A DNA stretch of 63,786 bases, counting the filler. It is 5 parts of 5 records of this genome, joined end to end, with 100 filler letters (N's around TTAATTAATTAA, not from the genome) between each part and the next. Parts side by side here need not be neighbours in the genome. Positions count along the whole stretch, not along the records: positions 22,283 to 46,198 come from SRR20825010_4160; positions 46,299 to 60,025 come from SRR20825010_4163; 3 more parts are not named here. One strand, written 5' to 3'. The position numbers were made by a program, and so were the translations under genes. The notes under the pieces were generated by a model that was not told the origin of the DNA, ran no database searches, and saw only the letters and a program-made list of their open reading frames with translations. This document shows, piece by piece, positions 40,091 through 49,950 of this stretch. How positions within the stretch are numbered: the first letter of the stretch is position 1; every line of letters starts with the position of its first letter.

Positions 40091-42490
40091 ATGCTAAAGA
40101 ACTATATTAAAATCGCCTGGAGAAACCTTGCAAAAAACAAGGGTTATACCATAATCAACGTAGGAGGTCTTGCGTTGGGCATGGCGGTAACGCTCATTAT
40201 CGGCCTTTGGGTGCAAGATGAGCTGAGCTATAACGATTACAACACCAATAAGGACAAAATCGCCCAAATATTCCAATCCCAAACGTTCAATGGGGAAACC
40301 GGAACCGGGCCCGCTATCCCGAGACCATTGGAGAAAGCTTTTAGGGATGGTTATATGGATAATTTTGAGTATTTGGTGATGTCTTCTTGGACCACCTCCC
40401 AATATTTAAAATATAAGGAAACAAGCATTTCTCGCGAAGGCAATTTTATGCAGCGGGAAGCTCCCGAAATCCTTGATATAAAAATTTTGAAGGGAGAAAG
40501 GGACGGTGTTCGGGAAATCAACTCCATAATGTTGAACGAGTCCACCGCCAAAGCACTTTTTGGGGAGGAAGACCCGATTGGAAAGGTAATCGAGGTAAAT
40601 AGCCAATACGATATGATGGTCACGGCAGTTTACGAGGACCTCCCTTTCAATGCCTCTTTTAATGACACAGAATTCATAATGCCATGGGATAAATATGTCT
40701 CAGTGAACGAATGGATCAAAAATGCCGAAGATCAATGGGGGAACAATTCGTTTCAAATGTTTGTCCAGATTGCGGACAATACGACCATGGAATCCGTTAC
40801 CTCAAAAATTCTGGAGGTAAAACAGAAGCTGAACGAAAACTCCAGGGAATTCAACGCCCAATTGTTTCTATTTCCAATGGAGGATTGGCACCTGCGCAGC
40901 AGTTTCGAAAACGGGAAGCAAGCAGGGGGCCGAATCAAATATGTTTGGCTGTTCGGAATTATCGGAGGGTTTGTATTGCTTTTGGCCTGTATCAATTTTA
41001 TGAATCTCAGTACCGCCCGTTCGGAGAAAAGGGCAAAGGAGGTGGGGATCAGAAAATCCATTGGGTCTCAGCGCTCCCAATTGATCAACCAGTTTTTGGG
41101 CGAGTCCTTTTTGGTGGTATCATTTGCCTTTGCAATTGCTGTATTGATCGTTGTGGCGTCCTTGAACGGGTTCAATAATTTGGCAAGAAAAGAAATATCC
41201 TTCCCTTGGGGCTCCCTTGCATTTTGGGGTGTTTCTTTGGTCTTTATAACGGTCACAGCTCTTTTGGCGGGCAGCTATCCTGCTCTTTATTTATCCTCGT
41301 TCAGACCAGTGGATGTCTTAAAGGGAACTTTCAAGGCAGGCAAGCATTCCGGTTTACCAAGAAAGATTTTGGTGGTGGTCCAGTTTACCGTTTCCGTAGC
41401 GTTCATCATCGGAACCGTGATCGTAATGCAACAGATCAATTATGCTAAAAACAGACCCATTGGGTACGATAAGGAGGGTCTGGTCCAGATTCCGACGATG
41501 AGCCAGGATTTTACGGGCAAGTTTGAATTGATGCGGGATGAATTCATCAATTCAGGAGCGGTTGTGGAAATGTCCACATCCAGCGCCCCGACCACTAACA
41601 TTTGGTCCAACCGGAGCGGATTTGTTTGGGAGGGCAAACCAGAAGGTTTCCAAGAAGATCTGGCATGGACCGAAGTGTCCCCTGAATATGCCAAAAGTCT
41701 CAACTTAAAGATTGTGGAGGGAAGGGATTTTTCACGGGAGTTCCCCTCGGACTCCAATGCCGTGCTGATCAATGAAACGGCCGTGAAATATATGGGGCTC
41801 AAGAATCCAATAGGAAAGTTTATTAAGGACGATGATGAGGAAGACCCATCGCCACCTTTAAAGATAATAGGCGTGGTTCAGGACATGATCGCACAGTCGC
41901 CGTACGAACCAGTGAAACAAGGCATGTACGTTTTTGATAAATACGGCAATGCTTCCTATTACAATATGAGATTGAACCCATCCCAGAGTGCAAGCCAGAA
42001 CATTGCAGTAATCGAGAGGGTATTCAAAGAGCATTTCCCGAACATTCCCTTTCAATACGATTTTGTGGACGAGGAATATGCTGAAAAATTTGCATCTGAA
42101 GAACGGATTGGCACCCTATCCGGTATTTTCACCGCACTTGCCATTTTAATAAGCTGTTTGGGACTATTTGGTCTCACCTCTTTTGTTGCGGAACAGCGCA
42201 CCAAGGAGATAGGGGTGCGAAAAGTGCTGGGCGCATCGGTATTTAATGTTTGGAACATGTTGTCCAAGGACTTTTTAAAACTTGTGATTATCTCCTGTTT
42301 TATCGCGGTGCCCATTGCCTATTATGTAATGAACGGATGGTTGCAAGAATATCCGTACAGGGTGATTTTGAAATGGTGGATTTTTGGCTTGGCCATGCTC
42401 GGAGCCCTCGCGGTAACGGTGCTCACGGTAAGTTTTCAGGCCATACGGGCGGCAAAATCCAACCCGGTCAAAAGTTTGAGAACGGAATAA
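40091..42490 (+). CDS. ABC permease 3 (duplicated MacB_PCD/FtsX)
   Basis: MLKNYIKIAWR, INFMNLSTARSEKRAKEVG, QRTKEIGVRKVLGAS, NPVKSLRTE. Confidence 0.95.
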   Translation: MLKNYIKIAWRNLAKNKGYTIINVGGLALGMAVTLIIGLWVQDELSYNDYNTNKDKIAQIFQSQTFNGETGTGPAIPRPLEKAFRDGYMDNFEYLVMSSWTTSQYLKYKETSISREGNFMQREAPEILDIKILKGERDGVREINSIMLNESTAKALFGEEDPIGKVIEVNSQYDMMVTAVYEDLPFNASFNDTEFIMPWDKYVSVNEWIKNAEDQWGNNSFQMFVQIADNTTMESVTSKILEVKQKLNENSREFNAQLFLFPMEDWHLRSSFENGKQAGGRIKYVWLFGIIGGFVLLLACINFMNLSTARSEKRAKEVGIRKSIGSQRSQLINQFLGESFLVVSFAFAIAVLIVVASLNGFNNLARKEISFPWGSLAFWGVSLVFITVTALLAGSYPALYLSSFRPVDVLKGTFKAGKHSGLPRKILVVVQFTVSVAFIIGTVIVMQQINYAKNRPIGYDKEGLVQIPTMSQDFTGKFELMRDEFINSGAVVEMSTSSAPTTNIWSNRSGFVWEGKPEGFQEDLAWTEVSPEYAKSLNLKIVEGRDFSREFPSDSNAVLINETAVKYMGLKNPIGKFIKDDDEEDPSPPLKIIGVVQDMIAQSPYEPVKQGMYVFDKYGNASYYNMRLNPSQSASQNIAVIERVFKEHFPNIPFQYDFVDEEYAEKFASEERIGTLSGIFTALAILISCLGLFGLTSFVAEQRTKEIGVRKVLGASVFNVWNMLSKDFLKLVIISCFIAVPIAYYVMNGWLQEYPYRVILKWWIFGLAMLGALAVTVLTVSFQAIRAAKSNPVKSLRTE

Positions 42491-42500
42491 GAACAGGATC

Positions 42501-44867
42501 ATGATCAAGAACTATCTAAAAATAGCATGGAGAGGGCTTGTTAGGAGCAAGGTTTATTCAACAATAAACATTGTCGGCCTATCCATGTCCCTTGCCGCCT
42601 GTATGCTGATAGTTCTTTATGTTGGCCATGAGCTGAGCTATGACAAGTTTCATGACGATGCCAGTAACATTTATCAAGCGGAAACTAAGATAACCTTTGG
42701 TAAGGACCCCATCCATATACCGTATTTGGATTATTCCGATGCCCCGGAAGGTAAAGGAAGTGTAGCAGGAATCCAAGAATACCTAAGATATCAAAAGGTT
42801 TCCGAAAATGTTATGGTTACCAATACAGAGAACCCTTCGTTAAAGTTTTCCGAGGATAAGGTTTTGTTCGCAGACCCAAACTTTTTTGAGTTCTTCAGTT
42901 TTAATCTGATAAAGGGCAACAAAGGAGAGGTGTTGGCCAATCCCAACAGTATTGTTATTTCCGAAAGGACGGCCACAAAGTATTTTGCAGACAGCGATCC
43001 TATTGGAAGACCACTACAGCTTTTTGGTGATGAGATATTTACCGTTACAGGGGTCTCAGCCGACCCACCTTCGAATTCAAGCATAGGTTTTGATTTTATC
43101 CTGCCCATTTCCAGTATGTTGGGAATGGAAAAATATAAGGAGGATATTGAACAAGGGCACTTGAACTTCACCACACTTTTCCTGTTGGATGAATCGGCCG
43201 ACCCTAAAATGGTCGAGGCAGGCCTGCTAAATTCCTTTGGAAAGAACGCAGGTGATGATGTCCAAAAAAAATACCTGTTGAGGCCACTACAGAGTCTACA
43301 TTTAGGTGAGGATTGGGCTAAAAACAAATACATTGGCATATTTCCATTGGTAGCCCTTTTGATTTTGATATTGGCATTGGTAAACTATGCAAGCTTGTCC
43401 ACTGCCCGCTCTACAACACGTTCAAAGGAGGTCGGAGTCAGAAAAGTAATGGGAGCACCCAGAAGGGCCATTGCACAACAATTCTATTTCGAATCCGCGC
43501 TTTACACGATCATATCGTTCGTTTTGGGCTATTTTTTATGTCTTACACTACAACCTAAATTCTTTGAGCTTTTAGGGGTCCAAGTGGACAACGCATTCAT
43601 TTTTAGCCCCGAAATGCTAATGTCACTTGTATTGCTCCTGTTACTGACCATATTTTTGGCAGCTGCATATCCCGCCATTTTACTTTCCTCGTTTAAGCCC
43701 ATTGCGGTACTACAGGGAAAATTGAGCAAGCAGCAAGGAGGAATAGCGCTAAGAAAGTTTTTCACTGTTTTCCAGTTCGGTATATCGGTAGCCCTTATTA
43801 TTTGTGCATTTGTAATGGATAGGCAGCTGGATTATTTCAGGCACGCCGATACAGGCGTAAATAGGGAAAATATTGTAATGCTTCCATTTTCCGAAAAGCT
43901 CGGTAAACACTTTGGTGCATTTCAGGAGGAAGTCGGTTCACTTCCGGGAATAGTGGAAACCAGCTCTGGAATTCTACCACTTTACAAAGGCCATAACATG
44001 ATGGGCGTCCAAAGCGATAATAGCGATGAGATGATTTTTTTGCCAACGCTTACCATAAACAAAGACTTTGTTTCAATGATGGGCCTTTCTTGGGCAATTC
44101 CTCCTAAAGACTCCATTATAAAAATGGGGGATAGATCTGCCGTGATAATTAATCAAGCAGCTGTTGCCAGATTAAACCTAGAAGAAGATCCAGTTCATCA
44201 AAAAATTAATGGTCAGTATGAAATCAAAGGTGTTTTGAAAGATTTTAATTACTCTTCGCTGCACCACAAGATAGGCGCGTTATGCCTGTTCATAAAGAAT
44301 GACCCTTCTTACAAATGGCTTGAAAAAGGAGGGGTGCTCTATGCCAAGGTTGGACCGAAAACCAATATTCCAACAATGTTGGATGGACTAAAGGCCAAAT
44401 ATCAGAAATATGACAACGAGCAGCCATTCGAATATTATTTTCTCGACGATGTTTTTGACTCACAGTATAAAGCAGAAGACCGTTTGGCAAAGATTTTTGG
44501 AGTCTTTACGGGCTTTGCCATGTTGATTGCGGTAATGGGACTTTTCGGCTTGGCCACTTTCACGGCATTGCAACGAAGAAAAGAAATCGGGATTAGAAAA
44601 GTATTGGGCGCTTCGGTAGAAAACGTGACCACATTATTATCCAAGGATTTCTTAAAACTGGTGCTTTTTGCCATTTGCTTAGCCTCACCATTTGCATACT
44701 GGTTTATGGACAAATGGTTGGAAAACTTTGCTTATAGGGCCCCCATGTCATGGTGGATATTCGTTTTGGCCACATTAGGAACTTTGTCGGCCGCCATATT
44801 AACGATTGGTTACCATGCCATTAGAGCGGCCAGTGCAAATCCAATAAAGAGCCTTAGAACTGAATAA
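42501..44867 (+). CDS. ABC permease 4 (duplicated MacB_PCD/FtsX)
   Basis: MIKNYLKIAWR, RSKEVGVRK, QRRKEIGIRKVLGAS, NPIKSLRTE. Confidence 0.95.
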   Translation: MIKNYLKIAWRGLVRSKVYSTINIVGLSMSLAACMLIVLYVGHELSYDKFHDDASNIYQAETKITFGKDPIHIPYLDYSDAPEGKGSVAGIQEYLRYQKVSENVMVTNTENPSLKFSEDKVLFADPNFFEFFSFNLIKGNKGEVLANPNSIVISERTATKYFADSDPIGRPLQLFGDEIFTVTGVSADPPSNSSIGFDFILPISSMLGMEKYKEDIEQGHLNFTTLFLLDESADPKMVEAGLLNSFGKNAGDDVQKKYLLRPLQSLHLGEDWAKNKYIGIFPLVALLILILALVNYASLSTARSTTRSKEVGVRKVMGAPRRAIAQQFYFESALYTIISFVLGYFLCLTLQPKFFELLGVQVDNAFIFSPEMLMSLVLLLLLTIFLAAAYPAILLSSFKPIAVLQGKLSKQQGGIALRKFFTVFQFGISVALIICAFVMDRQLDYFRHADTGVNRENIVMLPFSEKLGKHFGAFQEEVGSLPGIVETSSGILPLYKGHNMMGVQSDNSDEMIFLPTLTINKDFVSMMGLSWAIPPKDSIIKMGDRSAVIINQAAVARLNLEEDPVHQKINGQYEIKGVLKDFNYSSLHHKIGALCLFIKNDPSYKWLEKGGVLYAKVGPKTNIPTMLDGLKAKYQKYDNEQPFEYYFLDDVFDSQYKAEDRLAKIFGVFTGFAMLIAVMGLFGLATFTALQRRKEIGIRKVLGASVENVTTLLSKDFLKLVLFAICLASPFAYWFMDKWLENFAYRAPMSWWIFVLATLGTLSAAILTIGYHAIRAASANPIKSLRTE

Positions 44868-44888
44868 ATCAATCAAAAAACGAGAATC

Positions 44889-46198
44889 ATGTTCAAAAAC
44901 AACATCAAAATAGCATGGAGAAGCCTAAAAAAGCAGCCATTCTTCACCTTCCTTAACATATTTGGATTAGCAATAGGAATGGCTGGTGGGCTTTTACTCG
45001 GCCTTTACATTTGGGACGATCTTAACCACGATAACATGTTCACGGATGCGGAACGCATTTATCGTATTAATGCCGACACGAAATTTGGGGGCGCCGAAGA
45101 AAATGTTTCGGAGATATCCGCACCCATGGCCCGGGCAATGGTAAACGACATCCCACAAGTTGAAATGGCCACAAGGTTCAGAAATATTGGGAGCGTATTT
45201 ATTCGACCACAAGATGAAATGGATAACGTTAGGGAGTCCCATGTTTCGTATGCCGACTCCACGTTTTTTGATATGTTCGGAATCGATCTTTTGTACGGGG
45301 ATAGACATACGGCATTAGTGGAGCCCAATACATTGGTTATGACACGTACTGCTGCAGAAAAACATTTTCCTATTGATCAAGCAGTCGGAAAAACACTGAT
45401 AATCAATGATGAGGATGTTTATACGGTCTCAGGGGTATTGGAAGACCTACCAAAGAACTCGATATTTAAGGACAAACCCATTTTTTTGGCCATGTCCGGT
45501 TATGAAGATGCTCTACAGGCAGAATGGGGCAGTCACAACTACTATACGTTCGTAAAGTTAACCCCAGGTGTTTCTGGCGAAGACATTCAGGACCAAATGC
45601 AGGCCATGGTCGGGAGGTATGTTATTCCTTATGCACAAAAATTCTTTCCCGGTATCACCGAACAACAATTTTTGGAGTCGGGGAATTACATTAACTATTC
45701 CACCATTCCCTTAAAGGATATTCATTTATACTCCAAAAGAAGCCCGGAGTTCAGCACTGTCAGCGATATCAAGAATGTGTACATCCTTGGGGCAATCGCT
45801 TTGATACTTTTGGTGTTGGCTAGCGTGAATTTCATGAACCTGTCCACGGCCCATTCCCTTAAACGGTCAAAAGAAGTGGGTATCCGAAAAACATTGGGAT
45901 CCCAGCGTAGTGGATTAATCGGCCAGTTTTTGACCGAATCCGGACTGATCGCCGTGGGCTCATTGATTTTTGCCTTGTTGATCGCGGCCCTTGTCATGCC
46001 ACTGTACAATGACCTTGCCGGGAAAGAATTGTCCATACCCTATGCCAATCCTGTTTTTTGGTTGATTTTGATCGTAGCAGCATTGGTCCTTGGTCTGTTC
46101 TCTGGAAGTTACCCCGCATTCTTCATGTCGCGTTTTGTTGCCGCAAAAGTACTGAAAGGTCAAGGGGACAACTCCATTGGAGGCGGTAGGGTAAGAAA
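44889..46198 (+). CDS. ABC permease 5, 3' truncated
   Basis: MFKNNIKIAWR, VNFMNLSTAHS..RSKEVGIRK; cut by the contig end. Confidence 0.93.
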
Positions 46199-46298
46199 NN
46201 NNNNNNNNNNNNNNNNNNNNNNNNNNNNNNNNNNNNNNNNNNTTAATTAATTAANNNNNNNNNNNNNNNNNNNNNNNNNNNNNNNNNNNNNNNNNNNN
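46199..46298. other. Artificial contig-joining spacer
   Basis: N44-TTAATTAATTAA-N44. Confidence 0.98.
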
Positions 46299-46299
46299 A

Positions 46300-48270
46300 G
46301 AACGCGGCAACAAGGGCGCGGCGCTGACCACGTTCCTCTCGCTGGCTGGTCGCTATTGCGTGTTGATGCCCAACACGGCTCGTGGCGGCGGCATCTCGCG
46401 CAAGATCACTGTGGCGGCTGACCGCAAGAAGCTGAAAGGCATAGCTGAATCGCTGGATGTGCCGGAAGGCATGGGCCTGATCATCCGCACCGCGGGCGCA
46501 AAGCGCACGAAAGCGGAAATCAAGCGCGACTATGAATATCTGCTGCGCATGTGGGAAAGCGTGCGTGAACTCACGCTGCGCTCCAGCGCCCCTGCCCTCG
46601 TCTATGAAGAAGGCAGCCTGATCAAGCGCTCGATCCGCGATCTTTACGACAAAGACATCGACACCGTTTTTGTGGAAGGCGACGAAGGCTACAAAGAGGC
46701 CAAAGGCTTCATGCGTATGCTGATGCCGAGCCATGCCAAAAACGTGCAACCCTATAAAGACCGTCAGCCGCTGTTCCAGAAATTCCAGGTGGAGCAGCAA
46801 CTGGACTCGATGTTCAACCCGACTGTGACGCTGAAATCGGGCGGTTATATCGTCATCAATCCGACGGAAGCTCTCGTCTCCATCGACGTGAACTCGGGCC
46901 GCTCGACCAAAGAACGCAATATCGAACAGACTGCCCTGCGCACGAACCTTGAAGCGGCCGAAGAAGTGGCACGTCAGGCACGTCTGCGCGACTTGGCCGG
47001 TCTGATCGTTATCGACTTCATCGACATGGACGAGAACCGCAATAACCGTGCGGTGGAACGCAAACTGAAAGACGCGCTGAAGACAGACCGCGCGCGCATT
47101 CAGGTGGGCCGGATCAGCCATTTCGGCCTGATGGAAATGTCACGCCAGCGCATGCGCTCGGGCGTGCTGGAAGGCTCGACCGTCATGTGCCCGCATTGCA
47201 CGGGCACTGGCATTGTGCGCTCGGTGGAATCCATGGCGCTGCATGTGCTGCGTGGCGTGGAAGCCGAAGCCATGAAGGGGCGCGCTGCGGCCATCACGGC
47301 GAAAGTGCCGATGGAATGTGCTGTCTATATTCTCAACCAGAAGCGCTCGAACCTGCTGGACATCGAAGACCGCTATGGTCTGTCGGTCTATATCGAAGCT
47401 GATGCGACGCTGAAAGGTTCGGATCACCGGATCGAACAGGCTGAAGGCCGTGCGCTGACACGCACACGCCCTGCCGCCGGTGCCATCAATATCGAGAGCG
47501 CCTATACGGAAGAAGACGAGCCTGTCATTGAAGAGCCAAGCGATGACGAGGACGAAGAGACAAATGAAGCCGTGAGCGACGCCAAGAGCGATGCGCGCGG
47601 TGATGCAGACGGACCGCGCAAGCGCCGCCGTCGTCGTCGGCGTAAACCCGGTAGCGAAGCATCGGGCACGCCATCGGAAGATGGTGACGAGCAGGAAGAT
47701 GCTGGCGCCAAATCCGAAACAAAGTCAGATGCCAAAGCCGAAGCAAGCGAAGGCGATTCTGCCTCTTCGGATGCTGATGGCGACAGCGATGGCGAAGGTG
47801 ATGACGGCAAGCCGCGCAAGCGCCGCCGTCGTGGGCGTCGTGGTGGCCGCCGCAACCGTCGTGATGCCGATGGTAAGCTGATTGCCGATGGCGAAGACAG
47901 CGATGACGGAGACAATGGCGACGCGGCAAGCGAGAAAGCCGAGACTTCAGACGACAAAGCCACAGACAACAAGTCTGATGACGCGTCGGATGAAAAGGCC
48001 GAGGAACCTGTGCTGCTGTCCTATTCACGCGAGAGCGATGACACGGTTCGCACCATCGAGCCTGAATCGCCCAAGACCGAGCCTGTTGCCGTGGAAGCGA
48101 CTGTTGCCGAAGTGCCTGCTGAGGAAGCCGTGGTAGAAGCTGCTCCGATTGCCGAAACTGTCGCCGAGCCGGAAGTGACGGCTGCTGCAGAAAGCAAGCC
48201 GGAACCGGCAGCAAAGGATGAAGCCCCCAAGCCCGCACGCCGCGGCTGGTGGCAGCGCCGCGTCGACTGA
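46300..48270 (+). CDS. rne: Ribonuclease E, 5' truncated
   Basis: ERGNKGAALTT, IDVNSG, GLIVIDFIDM, Zn-link CPHCTGTG, Arg-rich/acidic disordered tail, C-terminal RRGWWQR. Confidence 0.96.
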   Translation, partial: ERGNKGAALTTFLSLAGRYCVLMPNTARGGGISRKITVAADRKKLKGIAESLDVPEGMGLIIRTAGAKRTKAEIKRDYEYLLRMWESVRELTLRSSAPALVYEEGSLIKRSIRDLYDKDIDTVFVEGDEGYKEAKGFMRMLMPSHAKNVQPYKDRQPLFQKFQVEQQLDSMFNPTVTLKSGGYIVINPTEALVSIDVNSGRSTKERNIEQTALRTNLEAAEEVARQARLRDLAGLIVIDFIDMDENRNNRAVERKLKDALKTDRARIQVGRISHFGLMEMSRQRMRSGVLEGSTVMCPHCTGTGIVRSVESMALHVLRGVEAEAMKGRAAAITAKVPMECAVYILNQKRSNLLDIEDRYGLSVYIEADATLKGSDHRIEQAEGRALTRTRPAAGAINIESAYTEEDEPVIEEPSDDEDEETNEAVSDAKSDARGDADGPRKRRRRRRRKPGSEASGTPSEDGDEQEDAGAKSETKSDAKAEASEGDSASSDADGDSDGEGDDGKPRKRRRRGRRGGRRNRRDADGKLIADGEDSDDGDNGDAASEKAETSDDKATDNKSDDASDEKAEEPVLLSYSRESDDTVRTIEPESPKTEPVAVEATVAEVPAEEAVVEAAPIAETVAEPEVTAAAESKPEPAAKDEAPKPARRGWWQRRVD

Positions 48271-48293
48271 GGCAGCGGAAGCCCTGATAAAAG

Positions 48294-48331
48294 AAAAGCC
48301 TGACTTCGTTAATCCGAAGTCAGGCTTTTTT
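48294..48331. terminator. Bidirectional terminator between convergent genes
   Basis: AAAAGCCTGACTTCG-TTAATC-CGAAGTCAGGCTTTTTT. Confidence 0.9.
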
Positions 48332-48361
48332 ATTGGTCTGCCAAAGATGACATTGAGTGGG

Positions 48362-49813
48362 TCAGGCGGGTTTGTCGCCCATGATCATGAAGACGCATTT
48401 CGTGGAATCTTCGACAACCTGCACATTCTGAATGTCGAGTCCTTCGAACATGTCATGCATGTCCTGCTCGGTGCGATAGACGAGGCTCCAGTCGGTGACG
48501 AATTCGAGCGGCCACTGGCAGGTTTCGCGGCCAGTCTTCACATTTGCGATGATGAGCTTACCGCCGGGCGCCACTTGCGCATAAAGGTCGTGGGCCAAAG
48601 CGCGCGCACGACGATGCGAGAGATAGTCGAACAGGCCGAGGCTGTAGATGACATCTTGCGGCGGCAGCGTCTTGAACAGCGCACCGGCTTTCAGCAGTTG
48701 AGCGAATGAAGCCTGAAAACATTGCAGCTTCGCGCGACCGGCATGACGGACAACTTCGCGATAGGCATTTTCATAAGCATGACTCAATGCGCCCTGATCC
48801 TGATCGATCAGCGTGACATTGACGGGGCGCGGCAGGCGATCAATCTTGAGATAGTCATAAATCTCGTAAGCGGAACCGCAGCCCAGATTGGCAATGTTGA
48901 GCGGCGTGTCACCCGGCTCACGGGCAATGCGCTCGCGCAGGATATCCTGCGTCATGCGCAGACGCGTGCCAACGCAGGCACCTGTTTCGATGCCGATGCG
49001 ATGCAGCAGTTTTTCGTAAGGCGTGTTGCCGACGCGCTGCCACTCATAGACATAATTCATGATCTGATAGTCGCCGGGATACCCCAGCGGCTTCTCATAA
49101 CAACGCTTCATTACTGCGCCCGGCATAAAATCGGGTGTCAGCACGCGTTCGGCATAGCGCTTGTGAGCAGCCAGCATTTTCGGGTCGGACCAGACAGGTT
49201 CCAGAATATCGCTGCCGCGATACCAAAGCTCTTTCCACTGGGGAACAATACGATCTTCGCAGGCAATCAGAGCTTCCAGTAGCTTGTGCTCGCGCTCTTG
49301 GCCTGTGACTGTGAGGCGGGCCTCGAAGCTCTCCAGAACCTCTTTATAAGAGCGGAATGTGTTCACGATCTCAGTGCAGAGCTGGACAAACTCGGGAAGG
49401 ATGCCTTCCGAGGTCGCAAAAGCCGGATTGGCCAGCGCATGAGCAAGCAGCAGATTGTCATGGTCAGTGACCATGGCGGGAATATCGAGAAAACCGCTAG
49501 TAAACTCAAGAGCCACCGTGGGCCGGCTGTTATGCGGATCAATGCGGCGTATAAGGCCGGAGCCGGAATAGAGGTGATCCTCGCCAACACGCAGCTCAAA
49601 TGGCACTTCCTTGCCGATCATCTCGTCCCAACCATCGATTGAAGTCGACTGGAACGCTGCGCCGGTTATGGACAGATTTTTGAGAACGGCTTTTTTGCCA
49701 CCCAGAAGGGCTGACGGCGGGATCTCGTTGAACAAGGCATTGGGTTTGTACCGCTCAGCCCGGTAAAACATGCGCCGACCTTCAGCGCCTGTCAGTTCTT
49801 CATAGGTACGCAT
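48362..49813 (-). CDS. PilZ-like domain fused to a PhcB-like class I SAM methyltransferase
   Basis: N-terminal RMFYR (RxxxR) and NLSITG (D/NxSxxG); KPLGYPGDY, NLGCGSA, IDQD, YSLGLFDYL; alternative GTG start 49834. Confidence 0.8.
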   Translation of the reverse strand: MRTYEELTGAEGRRMFYRAERYKPNALFNEIPPSALLGGKKAVLKNLSITGAAFQSTSIDGWDEMIGKEVPFELRVGEDHLYSGSGLIRRIDPHNSRPTVALEFTSGFLDIPAMVTDHDNLLLAHALANPAFATSEGILPEFVQLCTEIVNTFRSYKEVLESFEARLTVTGQEREHKLLEALIACEDRIVPQWKELWYRGSDILEPVWSDPKMLAAHKRYAERVLTPDFMPGAVMKRCYEKPLGYPGDYQIMNYVYEWQRVGNTPYEKLLHRIGIETGACVGTRLRMTQDILRERIAREPGDTPLNIANLGCGSAYEIYDYLKIDRLPRPVNVTLIDQDQGALSHAYENAYREVVRHAGRAKLQCFQASFAQLLKAGALFKTLPPQDVIYSLGLFDYLSHRRARALAHDLYAQVAPGGKLIIANVKTGRETCQWPLEFVTDWSLVYRTEQDMHDMFEGLDIQNVQVVEDSTKCVFMIMGDKPA

Positions 49814-49884
49814 AGCTTGCTTCTGCCTCAACACTTACTCTGTACACGTAGTGAGGGAATCACAGGCGGGCCGCTGATGCAATT

Positions 49885-49901
49885 GTTAACAAATGGTTAA
49901 C
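49885..49901. promoter_or_regulatory. CtrA binding box
   Basis: GTTAACAAATGGTTAAC matches TTAA-N7-TTAAC on both strands, about 70 nt upstream of the methyltransferase start. Confidence 0.75.
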
Positions 49902-49950
49902 GCGTTTTTTTTGCGTGCTGTGTCAATCATGAGCGCAAGTTGGCCATTTC

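Larger units (their letters stand above)
35204..44881 (+). repeat. Dispersed motif ATCAATCAAAAAA(A)C before four permease starts
   Basis: Copies at 35204, 37620, 40067 and 44868; the first two extend with GATCAAATCA. Confidence 0.85.

Noticed and set aside
35204-44881. Permease junction repeats as CRISPR repeats or integron attC sites
   Set aside because: Spacing of 2.4 kb or more, non-palindromic, no GTTRRRY cores, no cas or integrase gene in the contig
47500-48240. Low-complexity Arg/Asp/Glu repeats
   Set aside because: Normal disordered scaffold region of RNase E; the same applies to the IF-2 linker at about 19000-19500
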